Origin: Antedon mediterranea
Taxonomy: Eukaryota > Animalia > Echinodermata
Direction of reading: 5' to 3'
Assembly (NCBI RefSeq): GCF_964355755.1
Contig: NC_092676.1
Location: 29,964,871-30,028,870 of the forward strand
DNA length: 64,000 bases
The notes under the pieces are model-generated. The model ran no database searches and was not told where the DNA came from. It worked only from the letters and a program-made list of their open reading frames with translations. The translations under genes were made by a program, and so were the position numbers. Numbering within the stretch: position 1 is the first letter of the stretch; each line of letters opens with the position of its first letter. Positions 1-14,400 of the stretch are shown here, piece after piece.

Positions 1-2399
1 ACGTAGTAATAATGACAAATTAAACTATACAAAATATAATAATATTTTCACTAATCTTTGTCGCACTGCTAAAAAGAATTATTATACTTCCCAGTTTGAT
101 AGATATAAAGGTAATCTGAAGAACACATGGCTTGTAATAAATTCTGTTTTAAATAAAGGTAATAATAATAACAAGCACCCGAATCTAATTAAAGACGGTG
201 ATAATATTTACAAAACTCAAAAAGAGATATGTGAATCGTTTAACAACTATTTTTCTACAATTGGTCCTAATCTTATTAATAGTATGCCAACTAATATAAC
301 TGATCCATTATCTTATCTTCATTCTGCGTTTGCCAACTCATTTTATATTAGCCCAGTTTCAATTGATGATGTTAACCTAACTATATACAATCTAAATTCT
401 AATAAAGGGTCTGGATCTGACGGTATTACTGCTCGTGTCTTAAAATCTGTATCTCCCTTAATCATCCACCAACTTACCCATTGTATAAATTCATCTTTTT
501 TATCTGGCACTTTTCCAACACACTTAAAACTAGCTAAAGTTGTGCCCATTTTCAAGAAAGGTGAACGAAGTCAATTATCTAATTACCGGCCAATATCACT
601 ACTTTCAGTGTTTTCCAAAATTATTGAAAAACTCATGTATTCTAAACTTTCTGATTATCTCACAAAATTTGATATACTTAATAAACGCCAATATGGTTTT
701 CGAAAAAATCACTCTACATCCCATGCCGTTTTAGATCTTATTAATAATATTACAAATTCATTTGAATCAAAAGAAAATTTATTAAGTTTATTTATTGATC
801 TTTCAAAGGCCTTCGATGTTATTAATCACGATAATTTAATTAAAAAACTTGAGTGCTATGGAATTAGAGGTATTTCATTGAATTGGTTTAATAGTTATTT
901 GAAAGATAGAAAACAATATGTTGCATTAGGATCTTGTACATCGTCGACGATGGATATTACTTGCGGAGTGCCACAGGGATCTGTGCTTGGGCCATTGCTC
1001 TTCCTTATTTATGTTAATGATCTGGCTAATGTCAGTAACAAATTGCAAGTAATATCCTTCGCCGACGACACCACCTTATTTTACTCTAATTCCAATATTG
1101 ATTTATTATTTACTACATTCAATGATGAATTAACAAAATTTTGTGACTGGTTTATTTCAAACAAATTACTTATTAATACTCTTAAAACAAATTATTTAAT
1201 TTTTCACAATTCTCAACGTAAACTAAAAGTTGATGACCTAAATATACTTCTTGGCGGAATTCAAATTGAACGCAAAACTGAAACACTTTTTTTAGGTGTA
1301 TATATTCATGAAAACCTCAAATGGACCAGTCATCAAAATTACGTTTCGAAAAAAATATCAAGATCTATTAGTATTATTAACAGACTTAAGCACTTCTTCC
1401 CTCTAATATTTTAATTTCTCTTTATAACACACTTGTACTTCCTTATTTCCAGTATTGTAACATTATTTGGGCTGCAGATTACTCTTCTAATATTGATAGA
1501 TTAACTAAATTACAAAAACGTGCAGCTAGAATTATTACTTTTTCACCATATAGAACCTCATCTGAACCCCTTTTTAAACGTCTTGGTATATTAAAATTAA
1601 CGGATATCCACAATGTTCAAGTTGCCAGTTTTATGTTTAATTATTTTAAAAACCAACTTCCTATTTCTATGATTGATATGCTCTGTAAACGTACCAAATT
1701 TCACAATTACAAATTAAGAACTTCTCATTTAAACATTCCTTTTGCTAGACTTACAAAAACTAAATTTTTTATAACTATATCAGGTCCTAATTTGTGGAAT
1801 CATATCCCACCAAATATCAAAACGTCAATATCATTATTTACTTTCCGAAAAAAGTTAAAGAATCATTATATATCTAAATATTATACTGCTTAGTTAATAT
1901 GCTTATTATCATTATTTATACTCATATACTATTTATGTCTTACACAAAATATTAGTTGTTGTTTATTATTGCAATCTTTAATCTATACTATGTATAATGA
2001 CTGTATATATAGTATATACTATATATATACTGGAATAATAATTTATGTATACATATTTTTTTTTCATTTACCAATATCGGTAGTTATTTCATTTATAATT
2101 ATCATGAAACTATTGAAATATAATTTAAATAATTTTTATAAAGAAGATGTTAGTTATGTTATTATACTGTAATTTTTTATCCTAAATTATATAATTATAT
2201 ATTCTAGGTTATTTTTATTTTTTTAGTAATGTGTTTTGTTATGGGTCCCTACGAGACAAGTTTTTAACTTCTAGAAGGGATCCATGATAATAATGACTAC
2301 CAATTACTGCTTTATCTATGTTCACTTTAATATCTTTTTTCTATTTTGTATATATTCATTCATTATTATCTAAATAAATATTATCTGAATTATCTGAAA
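1..2399 (+). mobile_element. Non-LTR retrotransposon (LINE, CR1/L2/Crack-like group): 3' part of ORF2, 3' UTR and tail; begins before the window
   Basis: Frame is open from base 2 to 1414 with RT motifs (YRPISLLS, QYGFRK, FIDLSKAFD, GVPQGSVLGPLLFLIYVNDL, FADD). It continues in another frame to 1893 (LYNTLVLPYFQYCNIIW...SGPNLWN...FRKKLK). The 3' UTR has a GGGTCCCT...AGGGATCC stem-loop (~2243-2283), AATAAA (~2372) and a (TATCTGAA)x2 tail. Confidence 0.92.
2..1893 (+). pseudogene. LINE ORF2 reverse transcriptase, frameshifted near 1400-1414
   Basis: ORF 284..1414 ends at HFFPLIF*; the expected C-terminal region resumes in a different frame and ends at 1893. Confidence 0.85.
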
Positions 2400-2457
2400 A
2401 CTTTTGTTTGTGTTTTGTTACTTTTCAGATCGATGACTTACCACGTCTGACATAAAA

Positions 2458-5400
2458 ATGTCTAATATTTTTAAAGGATACCAATTTGTACTAGATCTTG
2501 ACCCAAATTTCAATTTTAAACAAAAGAAAGAATTTCAGAAGAAAATAACTAACAATGGAGGAACAATTAATGCTGCTCTCACAAATGAGGTAAATAAGGG
2601 GTTCAAAGAGGTTGCAGATGATTTATGTATTTTCATGGGGGGTTTTCAAGGAGTTGTCATGGAGGTTTCCAGGAGTTTTCATGGGGGTTTTCCAGTAGTT
2701 TTCATGGGTTTTTCCAGGAGTTGTCATGGGGGTTTCCAGGAGTTTTTATGGGGGTTTTCCAGGAGTTTTCATGGGGGTTTTCCAGGGATGTTTTCAAATC
2801 TTGGGATTCAAAGAGGTTCGAGATTCATGCATTTTCTATCTATTCATTTATTTGTTTAAATTTAATTTCAATAAATGCAAATTAAAAATAATTTGGCTTT
2901 ATTTTTGCTACACACAGAAATACATGCAAGATCTGTGCTACACAGACAGAGCAACATAACCCTGGAAAATAAAAATAAATAATGATAATAAATAAATAAA
3001 ATAAAATATAAAAGATAGAAATGGTTGTTATGGGATGAAAATAAACAAGAAGTAGAAAAGACCACAAAAATGAATTTATTTATAAAATACAGTGATTACA
3101 AAAAGTGTAGTAATTCTTTTGTTGGAAATGTAGAATTCTCAGCAGAAACAGTGTTTAAATTGTCACAATTTGTGTATGTATTATAATAGCATTGCAATAA
3201 TTGTCATCACTTCATCGGAAATGTTTTTCTTAGACAAACTTTTTAATTGTAAGCAACACAAGAAAAACCAAACTATCATACAAAGGTCGAACCGCACAGA
3301 AGAACAGCACTCCTATAGTTTCTACAGATTTTGTTAAAAGATGTTTGAAAGAAAAACGTGTTGTAGATACCAGAGTGTTTATGACTTTAGGCTCAGAATT
3401 TGAAGAAGGCAAAATAAAAGGTAATTTCAATACAGATAATATTGTATTTATTCTTAATTCAAGCAACTGTAAATTTGTCAAATTAGCAAAAGAATTTTAT
3501 AATCCAGCGCTTTTAATAATAGATTTGATTTTTAAAATTATAACCCCTGATGTCTCTATAAAGTAAGTTAAATATTTACATTTTTGAAAACAGGAAAATT
3601 ATCCTCCAGAAAACTGAGCAGTGTAAAGGAACCAAAGTTTAATTTCCAGGAAATCAGGTATGTAACCATGCTATACAAATTACTAGTTGTATTAATGATC
3701 TAGATTATGAAATCTGGATACAAATATTTAGATATCTCTAAGATACGTAATAAACAGTTGCAAAAAGACAATTGTACTTTTAAAATTAAATGTTACTGTA
3801 CTTCTGTTTAAATATATCATTATAATTTTTCTTTTTAGAGTGTGGAAATGGGGTGACAATAAGGCACCAGAATTTGATGAGGACAATTATGAAGTTGCAA
3901 AAAGTTATCTTCTGGTAAATAGTTATTTCTGTTAATTGATCTAAAACTCTGTCTACACTATCAAACTAATTTGACAAAAAATGATGTACTCAAATATGGT
4001 AGTGATATGACATCATCATGTCCATTATGGTCACATTACATAAAGTTTGATAGTGTAGACAGAATCCTGATTCTTTTTACACTAACCATTTCATTGACAC
4101 TAGAATTTTAAGTAGAGGAAGTTAATGTTATTATTGGTTGTTTTTAAAGCAATCGAACCCATTTGAAGCTCTATTTTACCAGCTTGAACTTCATGTCATA
4201 GCAAAAGCCAGAAGGTCAAAGGGCAAGCATTTTAACTTCCGTGTTTTCTGTCACTATGGAAACGGAGATCAACTCAAGGTAAATTCATATAAACTTATAT
4301 AATACTTAATTAATAATTTTAGTTTGTAAATTGTCAATTTAAACCACATAGCTTGTCCCACGTAGAATATGTATCTATCCTGAGCGATAACCACATAGCT
4401 TGTCCCACGTAGAATATGTATCTATCCTGAGCAATAACCACATAGCTTTTCCCACGTAGAATATGTATCTATCCTGAGCAATAACCACATAGCTTGTCCC
4501 ACGTAGAATATGTATCTATCCTGAGCAATAACCACATAGCTTGTCCCACGTAGAATATGTATCTATCCTGAGCGATAACCACATAGCTTGTCCCACGTAG
4601 AATATGTATCTATCCTGAGCAAAAACCACATAGCTTGTCCCACGTAGAATATGTATCTATCCTGAGCAATAACCACATAGCTTGTCCCACGTAGAATATG
4701 TATCTATCCTGAGCAATAACCACATAGCTTGTCCCACATAGAATATGTATCTATCCTGAGCGATAACCACATAGCTTGTCCCACGTAGAATATGTATCTA
4801 TCCTGAGTGAAAACCACCCATCCGCTTCGTGTTGTGTGTAAATGGTCATAAGGAATAACATAGATTCTAATTTTTATTACCGTTACCGCTTGTCTGTGTA
4901 AATTGGCCTTTAGTCTTTCTTTCTTTTTATCTATAGACATTAAGCCTGTATCGATCAGACTGTTTAAAGCACTTGTGCTTATTTTGTATCCCATTCCGTT
5001 ATCATGCTTATTGTATTTGTATATGTTTTATTTTGATCTTCGAATAAAAAATGTCGATGAATGAAAATGAAAACTTTTTTACAAATTATTTTTGTAAAGG
5101 ATGCAAGCAGTGGTACAAAAGAATGTCGTTATTTGCAATGTAGTTCCGATGCTCTTGAAGTTTACAAATACTTATTCAACTTGTATCGTGATGCACCGCA
5201 CAATTACATCAAATCTGACCAGTTCATCTCAAGATGGATTGGATCTGATAAACAGAGAAAGGTAAATACTGCTTATAATACATTTATACTTCATAGAAAT
5301 TGATTTGATAACTTTATTTGCCCTTCTAGTTGTAGTATCAAGACACTTATTACTAGCTCTTCTGATAGAGGGCTGTATAACATATACTGTACCTCAGACA

Positions 5401-8400
5401 TTACTGTACACTGAATTTTATTTAATATTTCTTAATAAATATTAATACATTTGATTTTCATTATCCAGATGGCATTATGTGCTCTCACACATTGTGCCAG
5501 TGCTAGACCACATACAGCAATTGTTATTCTCTCATTTAGATATCAATGGAGTCTAGTTTAGAGTCAGGTGCTGTATCAAAGCAAGTGATAGAGTTGATAG
5601 AACACATCTGGCAAGAGGCTTATGAACAGCTGAATGCCCTCATCTCTCTACCAGATTCAAATATCAACAAAACAAAAGTAAATATTAGTTCTATGTTTGA
5701 GTGGAGTTGTGGCTTGGTGATTTAGATGCTTGGCTACCAATCCAAGGATCATGGGTTGAAGTCCAGTCATGTCAGAATTTCTTCTAATGACAAATTACAA
5801 CTCCACTCTCCCAAAGACTTGTTTATGTAGAGCATCTTGTTTATATGTTTGTATTGTGAACAAGATTGCCACCTTTAAAAAGGATAGTGAATAACTTCGC
5901 TTATGGTTATCCTTGGAAATATATAAACAAAACAAAAACAATTTCAAAATGAACCAGCATGGAGCACCATCTAATGATCTATGCAAAGCATCAACATTTT
6001 GACTCTCTTTTAGGTAGACAAAGCTGAAGCAGTACTACTGCAAATTAGACACATTCTTGACACAAACACCAGTGTAATGGAACTCAAACAACTTAGTGAG
6101 CAATTCTTCAGTTTAATTCATCTTGATAAAGATCGCATCGGTACAATTCAAGACAAAGCAACACTTGCCAAAGTACATGACATTTGTCAAGTGAGTTTTT
6201 ATTTTCTTGAAATCAAATAAAAATGAGAATTGGTTTTATGTCATTTTACCTACTAATTTGCTAACTTTGTTTATAAATTGTTAACGTTGAGAGCAGCTAA
6301 CTCTATTCCTTCTTTTTACTTTTTTTTTATGAAGTTTCTTTTTTTTTTAAGCCAAAAAAGTATTGTTACATACCACTACATACCACCACTACTACTACTA
6401 CCACTACAGTTTCAACAATTTTGGCTTAGAAAAAAAGAAACTTCATCAAAAGTAATCATACAAAGCCAAATGAAATTATTTGAACATTTCTATTCCTTCT
6501 CCTGTCAAGATTGTGCTTGATATAACATGCTGAATAAATATTATTATATAATAATAGCATCCTGAATTTATAAAGCGCTTCATGTTGTGAAACTGTACAT
6601 ACAAACCGAGAGAGAAAAAAGAAGCGAAACCCAAACCGAAATATAATGAGTTGGTTGACATACAGGTCACAAGCTACCAAGTAGTATTTGCAGGCTTTTT
6701 CCTGGGTTGACACAAAGCTCTAAAAACTTAAAAACATTCAGTTAGATGAACACTTAAAACTGACATTATTCAAGCTAATGACTATCACAGCTTGAGAAAA
6801 TCTTAAAATTCTATCATTTGTTGTCATTTTAATATAATTATAGTTAATTAAAGAAGGTGGTTGACATAGTAACAAGCTACCTACTACCTATAGTATTTGT
6901 CTTGGGTTGACACTAAGCTCTAAAAAACGTAAAAACGTTTCGTTATGTTAACATTTAGAGCCTACTTTGCTCCAGCCAATTACTTTTCCAGCTTGAGAAA
7001 ATCTTAAATTTTGTTGTGATTTATTATAATTATAGCTAATCAAAGACATAGAATGTTTAAGTGAAGCGACTAATTTCTCACCACGTAACACGATGCAGGC
7101 AAAGGTCCGTGCTCTACACTGTCACGTTGAACACTTGCCAAGCTCGTCACCAGAATACAAGACCATTTCTGATTTAGTAAGATCCAGCACTGAAAGGTAA
7201 ACTATTTGATTTCACATTCTATTGTAAGTAATACTTACTTAGTCCAGTTCCTCTCTCTCGATACCAGTATCCGTCTCTAGTACAAGTATATAATACTTTA
7301 CTTATTTAGTCAGGGACATACACAAATATGTATGACCAGATTCCTTCATAATTTCCTATCTGTGGGCCATTGTGACAGTCGGTTCATCTCTCTGCATACC
7401 AGTACCAGCTCTAGTAGAGCTAGTATTACTCTAGTACATCAATGTAAGTAAGTAACCTACAGTCGGTTCATCTCTCTGCATACCAGTACCAGCTCTAGTA
7501 GAGCTAGTATTACTCTAGTACATCAATGTAAGTAAGTATTATAGCTCATAAATAAATGTAACTCCTTTGATTTTTTTAGTGGTAGAAACAAGTTTGACAT
7601 AAAGAATATCTTTGCTGTTAATCGAGCAATTGAAGCGACAAACTTTACACATCATCTGGGAAATAAAAGGCTTTTGTTTCATGCATCCCGGCCAGCAAAC
7701 TTTGTTGGCATACTCACAAGGTCAGTTTCCATTTGCATTATTATTCACTGATCATATCTGGGGCCTCTGTGAGACACCAGTCTTTGACTGAAAAGTAACC
7801 AAGTTTAAATAAATACTAAATGAATAAATGATGTAAAGGCATGTCTCCTTATGCAAGTTGTAACTCTTGTTGCCTCATCCTTCGAATGGGATATGAAGGT
7901 ATACTAAGATAGGACATAGTATGCATTGCACTTTCACTGCTGTAGGTCTTTACCAAATGTCATCATTTAAAGATGAATAATAATAATAATATATTTTTTG
8001 TGTTGTTTGCAGAGGTCTTCTTCTACCTAAGATTGTAGTGGATGATTTTGGTGGACAGCTGACCGATCCTGGAAACCTAGGAAGTGGAATTTATTTTACA
8101 GACAGTGCCAGGTACTGTAGGAAATGTATACAGATTGTTAAATTGTACTTTTTTGATTGACTTTTTGTTCTTCATATTGGCAATTCAGACTTACAGATAT
8201 TAATTACATTTATTTCTTCTAGTACAAGTGGAAAGTATTCATCTCGAAGTAAAGTTAAAGGATCTCGCTTCATGCTCGTAAATGAAGTTGCTCTTGGGAA
8301 GTGTCTGGATATGAAGTCTAAAAATTACACACTCTCAGCAGCTCCAGAGGGTTATGACAGTGTCCATGGTGTAAAGAAGACGCATGGAATGAGAACCCAA

Positions 8401-11400
8401 TTTGTGGTAATAAAATCAAAATCATTGTTATGCTAATTGTCTGATTGTTGATTTTGTCTTTGTTACAAGAAGAATGAAATACAGATTTAAAAAAAATACA
8501 ATTTAACTATTTTGTGAATTGTTGTTTTTTGCAGGATGATGAATTTGTTGTGTATAATAAGAATCAACAACGTATTCGCTATCTGGTTGAATTTAAACTT
8601 CCTAACGATGCAATCAAAGACATTATACAAATGTCACTGCAAGAAATACGACCCAGTCAAGATTCAAGTCATTCACGCCCTGTAGATATTAGTAAGTACC
8701 GTGTCTTGTCATGCAAGTCCTGTGTTAGTACGTATCTAAGTGTCTATTATATCTTTAAATAAAGCAGTAGTAGTCACTACTCTTTGGTCCTACAAATTTA
8801 AATGTGTTTATTCTGCTGTAACAGAAGTTATTATAATATTATTTTTTGACATATCAAGCAAAAAATTACCAGGAGTAATCAATAAGCATAGACCTGAACA
8901 GATTTCATCGCTCTTCCTCCAACATTGTTGCGATACATTACAAAAATACTTGATTACAAATCTGTATACAATACAAAATTTAATAATAATAATAATAATA
9001 TGCTACAGAAAAAAAAGTGTGTGCCTAAAAAAGGTCTCGGACAAATGAGACAGAAAACAAATGTAAAAAAATTATTACTTCAATAACAAGTTTAGAGCTT
9101 ATTTATAAAAGTATTTTCATTGATATATTAAAACATTTCAGATCTCAATACCATTGAGTCACTCAAGAATCCTATGGATAATCTACAAGCAGGTTTACAG
9201 TCAAAGAGTAATAATTCAGTTCCACTCACAGCAGTCCACATCAGAGCACAGCTAATAGATCTTACAGCACAGGTCAGAGTTCAACTCATTTATGCATCAT
9301 TTTGACTTTTTGCAGATCAATCACTTTGTTTGGCCCTTTCCTTTTTTTGTGTGTATCTTTTAGCATAAAATAACCATTGAATTACTTCAAGTTGTGGTTG
9401 TAACAAAACATCTCAACTTTACTGTCCTTTTAGAAACCCAGAGTGTATTGCAAACCTTATGCAAACCATTAAATAGAATTGGTAAACCAGAGGTTCCACT
9501 AATAAGTTTGATATATTATAATATAAAACAAACTCCTATACTAGTATAATGTAAACTTTGTTTGAATAGGTTGTAGTACTACAGGCCTATAGGAATGACA
9601 GCAACGTTCCGATTGAAGCCAAGTATGTATTCCCTCTGGATGACATGGCAGCAGTGTGTGGCTTTGAGGCTTTCATTGACGGTAAACACATCATTGGTGA
9701 AGTTAAAGATAAAGAGGTTGCTCATCACGAATACAAAGAGGCCATCAGAAAAGGACATGGGGCTTACTTAATGGACGAGGAAACACCTGTAAGTAACACA
9801 AGATGTTTATGCATGACATTAAGCAGATTTGAATATCAATTGCAAAGATTGTGACTAACTATGTCACTCAAACTTCAAATTCACTTTTAAATTTAAACTT
9901 AATTACCGAAATTCAAATAAGAATAGTTATTGTATCATTCCAATATTGTAGAAGCTAGATTTTGTACAAACAATTAATTTATTTTAATTTTTTTTCTATC
10001 GAAGAGATACTCATTGCATAAATTTTAAATTCACTATAATTCTTTTTTTTACATTTTTTTTTATACATTATAAGGATGTTTTCACAGTGAGTGTAGGTAA
10101 CTTACCTCCAAATTCAGATGTGTTGATAAAAATCACCTATGTAGCTGAGCTTGGTGTTGAATCTGGCAAAGTTATGTTTAGTCTGCCTGGCAGTGTAGCT
10201 CCGTGGAAAAAAGACAGCGCCCTCTCGCAGACTACTCAGGAACAGATGGAAACATTAAAAGTTTCAGGCCAGCCAACAGGGTAAATACTAAGCATGTTTA
10301 TTGAGGATGTATAAGCCAATAGTATCAGAAGGAATCTTAAGATTCTATTTGACTTCATATACTCGGTTTTTACCTATACATTGGGACTATAGAAATTTAA
10401 AACAGTTCATTGTATAAAAATATTATCTATAGGAACAAAATATAGTGAATACTTGTTTACTGTTTTTTTATTTCAGAAGAACTTCAATCCAGATTTCCAT
10501 ATTGATGCCATATGACATTTGTTTGATTGAGTCTCCAACTCATCCAATCAGATTTAAGGTAACACATTTACAAACACGACGTCTAACCAGTGTTCTGTTA
10601 ATGCTATCCAATAATGGTGATGTTGAGAATTTTACACAAATATGATCTTTATTTTAGAAATCATCAACAAATGCAACGGTTGAATTAAGAAAGAATACAC
10701 GATTGGAAGGGAGTGGATTTCAGCTGTTGATTCAACTTGCTGAAATACATGTACCAAGAATGTGGATTGAGAGACATCCAGATAAGACTAACTCACAGGT
10801 ATGGAGTGAATCAAAAGACTGAAAACAAAAGACTTATGTGTATGTGTGACTTCTAGAGTAATGCTGGTGGTATATTGGACACTAATACTGATGTTAAGTG
10901 TGTATGTGTGACTTCTAGAGTAATGCTGGTGGTATATTGGACACCAATACTGATGTTAAGGGTTCTTCTTTCATGGTTCTAGTAGTAAAAATGTTCTCAG
11001 ATAAAAGACTATAATCCACAGATCCAGTGATTATTTGCTCTTATCCTAGAGTTTATCCTTGTGATGCACTCCGGTGTATTCACACTGATGATAGTATACT
11101 TAAGCTGCTGAAGTCACCATTCACACTGATGCTAGTATACTTAAGCTGCTGAAGTCACCATTCACACTGATGCTAGTATACTTAAGCTGCTGAAGTCACC
11201 ATTCACACTGATGCTAGTATACTTAAGCTGCTGAAGTCACCATTCACACTGATGCTAGTATACTTAAGCTGCTGAAGTCACCATTCACACTGATGCTAGT
11301 ATACTTAAGCTGCTGAAGTCACCATTCACACTGATGCTAGTATACTTAAGCTGCTGAAGTCACCATTCACACTGATGCTAGTATACTTAAGCTGCTGAAG

Positions 11401-14400
11401 TCACCATTCACACTGATGATAGTATACTTAAGCTGCTGAAGTCACCATTCACACTGATGGTAGTATACTTAAGCTGCTGAAGTCACCATTCACACTGATG
11501 ATAGTATACTTAAGCTGCTGAAGTCACCATTCACACTTAGGCTGAACAAAAATACCCTTAAAATAAAAAAATCTATTTAGATGAATATAATTTTAAGGGA
11601 AAAATTTGAATATTTATTGAGTTAGTGAAATTTATTATATAATTTAAAGAAAATATCTCACTTAAGTGTGATTGGTGAATATGCGGGCACTGACCCTTCA
11701 ATCAATGTTTTTGATAGGTTCAATTTAATTTAATTTTGGATTATTCGGTCATTGTTTAATACAGAACTATTATGAACATTTGTTCTTTCAATGTTACCAT
11801 TATTATTTCATTTTCTAGGCATGTATGCTAACGTTTTATCCTGATTTTGAAAGTAAAGAAGATGCATCGCCAGAAATTCTCTTCTTTCTTGATATGTCAA
11901 ACTCAATGGATGTAAAGAACCAGATGCAAGCTCAAACAATTGTAATGCTGATCCTTAAACATCTTCCTAAACAAGCAACTTTCAACATTATTACGTTTGG
12001 AACAAGTAAGTTTTTACTGAAGATAACAGTTAAAATAATTTAATGGTTTAATGGTTTTAAATTTATATAGCGCAAAATACAAATAGTCTCTTTGCGTGCG
12101 CTGTTAGCACAAGTTAAAAAATGAAAAAGTTGATAAAAGTAAGCCAGGAAAAAGCCTAATAAATAGTATATTTAACAGTGGGTTTGATCTGATTAACTGA
12201 CTGACAAATTAAAATGAAATAAGAGAAAAAGGTGGAAAGAGAAAAAAGTAAAGAATGGGTAACAGGATTTAAAAGTTTTTAAAATAGCGTTTAAAGCTCT
12301 GTCTACTCTATCAAACTATATGTTTCAAAAAAATGTGATGTGGCTATATATGGACATGATGATGTCATATTACCACCATAAGTAAGCATATCGCTACCAT
12401 ATTTGGGCATTTTATATCCAGTTTATGAATGAAACAGATATTCATACCTGTGTGCAAGTACACATTCCATCACATGTGAGGAAGAATGATGTCATCTTTG
12501 GCCGCCAGTTGATGTTAATTTTCAACATTTATGTTCTTTTATCAAGGTTTTAATGAGCTGTTTCCTGTTTGCCAACCTGCCACTACAGCCAACATTAAGT
12601 CTGCTAGGTCATTTGTTGCATGTGCTAAAGCCAATATGGGTAATACAGATCTGTGGCGCCCTCTAAACAGCTATTTCTTGCTGAGTGACGAAACTTGTGT
12701 TCGAAATATCTTTCTTATTTCTGATGGACACATTAATAATGAGGAATCTACTCTTGCAGCGATTCAACTCAATGCAAATTGTAATAGAGTTTTTACGTTT
12801 GGGATTAGGTAGGTAAAACACTTTTATGTTATTTTTATTTCAGTTGCTGTCAACCCTCCCAATAAATGCTGGAAACTTATATACTTATATACTTCTGGTT
12901 TTCCAGAAAAGTTGGTATTCCAAAAATGAAAAAAAAAATATATATCTTTGGACCTCAAAAAAAGGGAATTTATTTTGTTAATATTTGATGTAAATTTTAT
13001 TTTTAGCGCAACAGCCAACAAACATTTGTTAAAATCCATTGCTCGTGTGGGAACAGGAGCTTTTGAGTTTTTTGATACAAGTTTAAAGTCAAGATGGGCA
13101 AAAAAGGTTAGATAAACATTTTATATGTTGTTTATTATATCATTATGTTATGTAATTGTCATTTAACTCCAATTAATTATCTTTAAAGGTTAGTTAAACA
13201 TTTTATATGTTATTTATTATATCATTATGTTATGTAATTGTCATTTAACTCCAATTAATTATCTTTAAAGGTTAGATAAACATTTGATATGTTGTTTATT
13301 ATATCATTATGTTATGTAATTGTCATTTAACTCCAATTAATTATCTTTAAAGGTTAGATAAACATTTTATATGTTGTTTATTATATCATTATGTTATGTA
13401 ATTGTCATTTAACTCCAATTAATTATCTTTAAATGCCAAAATTTAGATTAAAAGTCAGTTGTTGAAAGCAATGCAACCAGTGTTAAGCAACGTGAACGTT
13501 GAGTGGGAACAGTTAGAAGACAGCGCCCCCAAACCAATCCAAGCACCGAGTCAGATAACATCGTTATTCAGTGGATCACGTCAAGTTGTGTATGGATACG
13601 TTCCATGCTGTCGACAGGTAAATGCCTTCAGTTTGGTCGACTTTGAATAAAAAAGTGATACTAGAGATTCCCAAGTTCATTACATCATACATTCACTGGC
13701 ATGTCAACATAAATGTCCACTTAATCTAAACATTCATATATCTGTCGACGAGAACAGCCGACTACGACCCATGTTGAAGTGGTCTTCGTTTACGTTCACT
13801 CAAATCTAAAAACTCCTATTAACAAGGAAAAGTGAAATTCGCTCTTCCCTTATTGATTGTTACTCATAAACTTATTTTATTTTTATTTTATTATTTTAAG
13901 GATTGTTTTCTTAATACACTTAAGTACATACTCAAAATTTATAATCTCCACATTTTTGTATGTATTTTTTGTTATTTACTGTTATTGCCATTGTATTTAA
14001 GGCAACTTTAAAAGCTGAAATTAATGGTGAGGAGATTTCAACAAAGGTATCCACAAATGAACTTAACATCACAAGGGGTAAGGTAAGTTTATGAATGGAA
14101 TTTCTTTATTATCACAATTGATTCTTGTTCATTTGAGCGACGTTGGTGAGATTGGCTATGCGTTGCTTTTGTGTAATTTGTTGATATAAAGTTCGCGGTA
14201 TAACACGAATATTTGATTTCGCCATGCAAACCTTCAAACAATGTAATTATTTCATATCAAGAATCGGGGGAAAATGTTACTTCTTTTTCCTCCTTCTTTT
14301 CATTTATTGCAATTTATTAATTATGTGATTCTTTATTGTTTATTGGTTAGACTGAAAAATTGACCAAAACATTTTTTTTTAAATAGGAGAATAAATAAAT

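Noticed and set aside
1-1893. RT as a retron, DGR or group II intron / defence RT
   Set aside because: Motifs, 3' UTR stem-loop and tail are those of an ordinary non-LTR retrotransposon.
2590-2959. GGF-rich ORF extensions
   Set aside because: Read-through past the PARP4 donor at 2590 into an intronic minisatellite.
4342-4818. Regular arrays here and at 11079, 22580, 39011 and 62608 as CRISPR arrays
   Set aside because: They are head-to-tail units with no unique spacers, there are no cas genes, and the context is eukaryotic intronic or intergenic DNA.
7376-7538. Simple two-copy duplications (also ~10838-10960, 20201-20383, 20902-20996, 52004-52068)
   Set aside because: Ordinary local tandem duplications with no evident functional signal.
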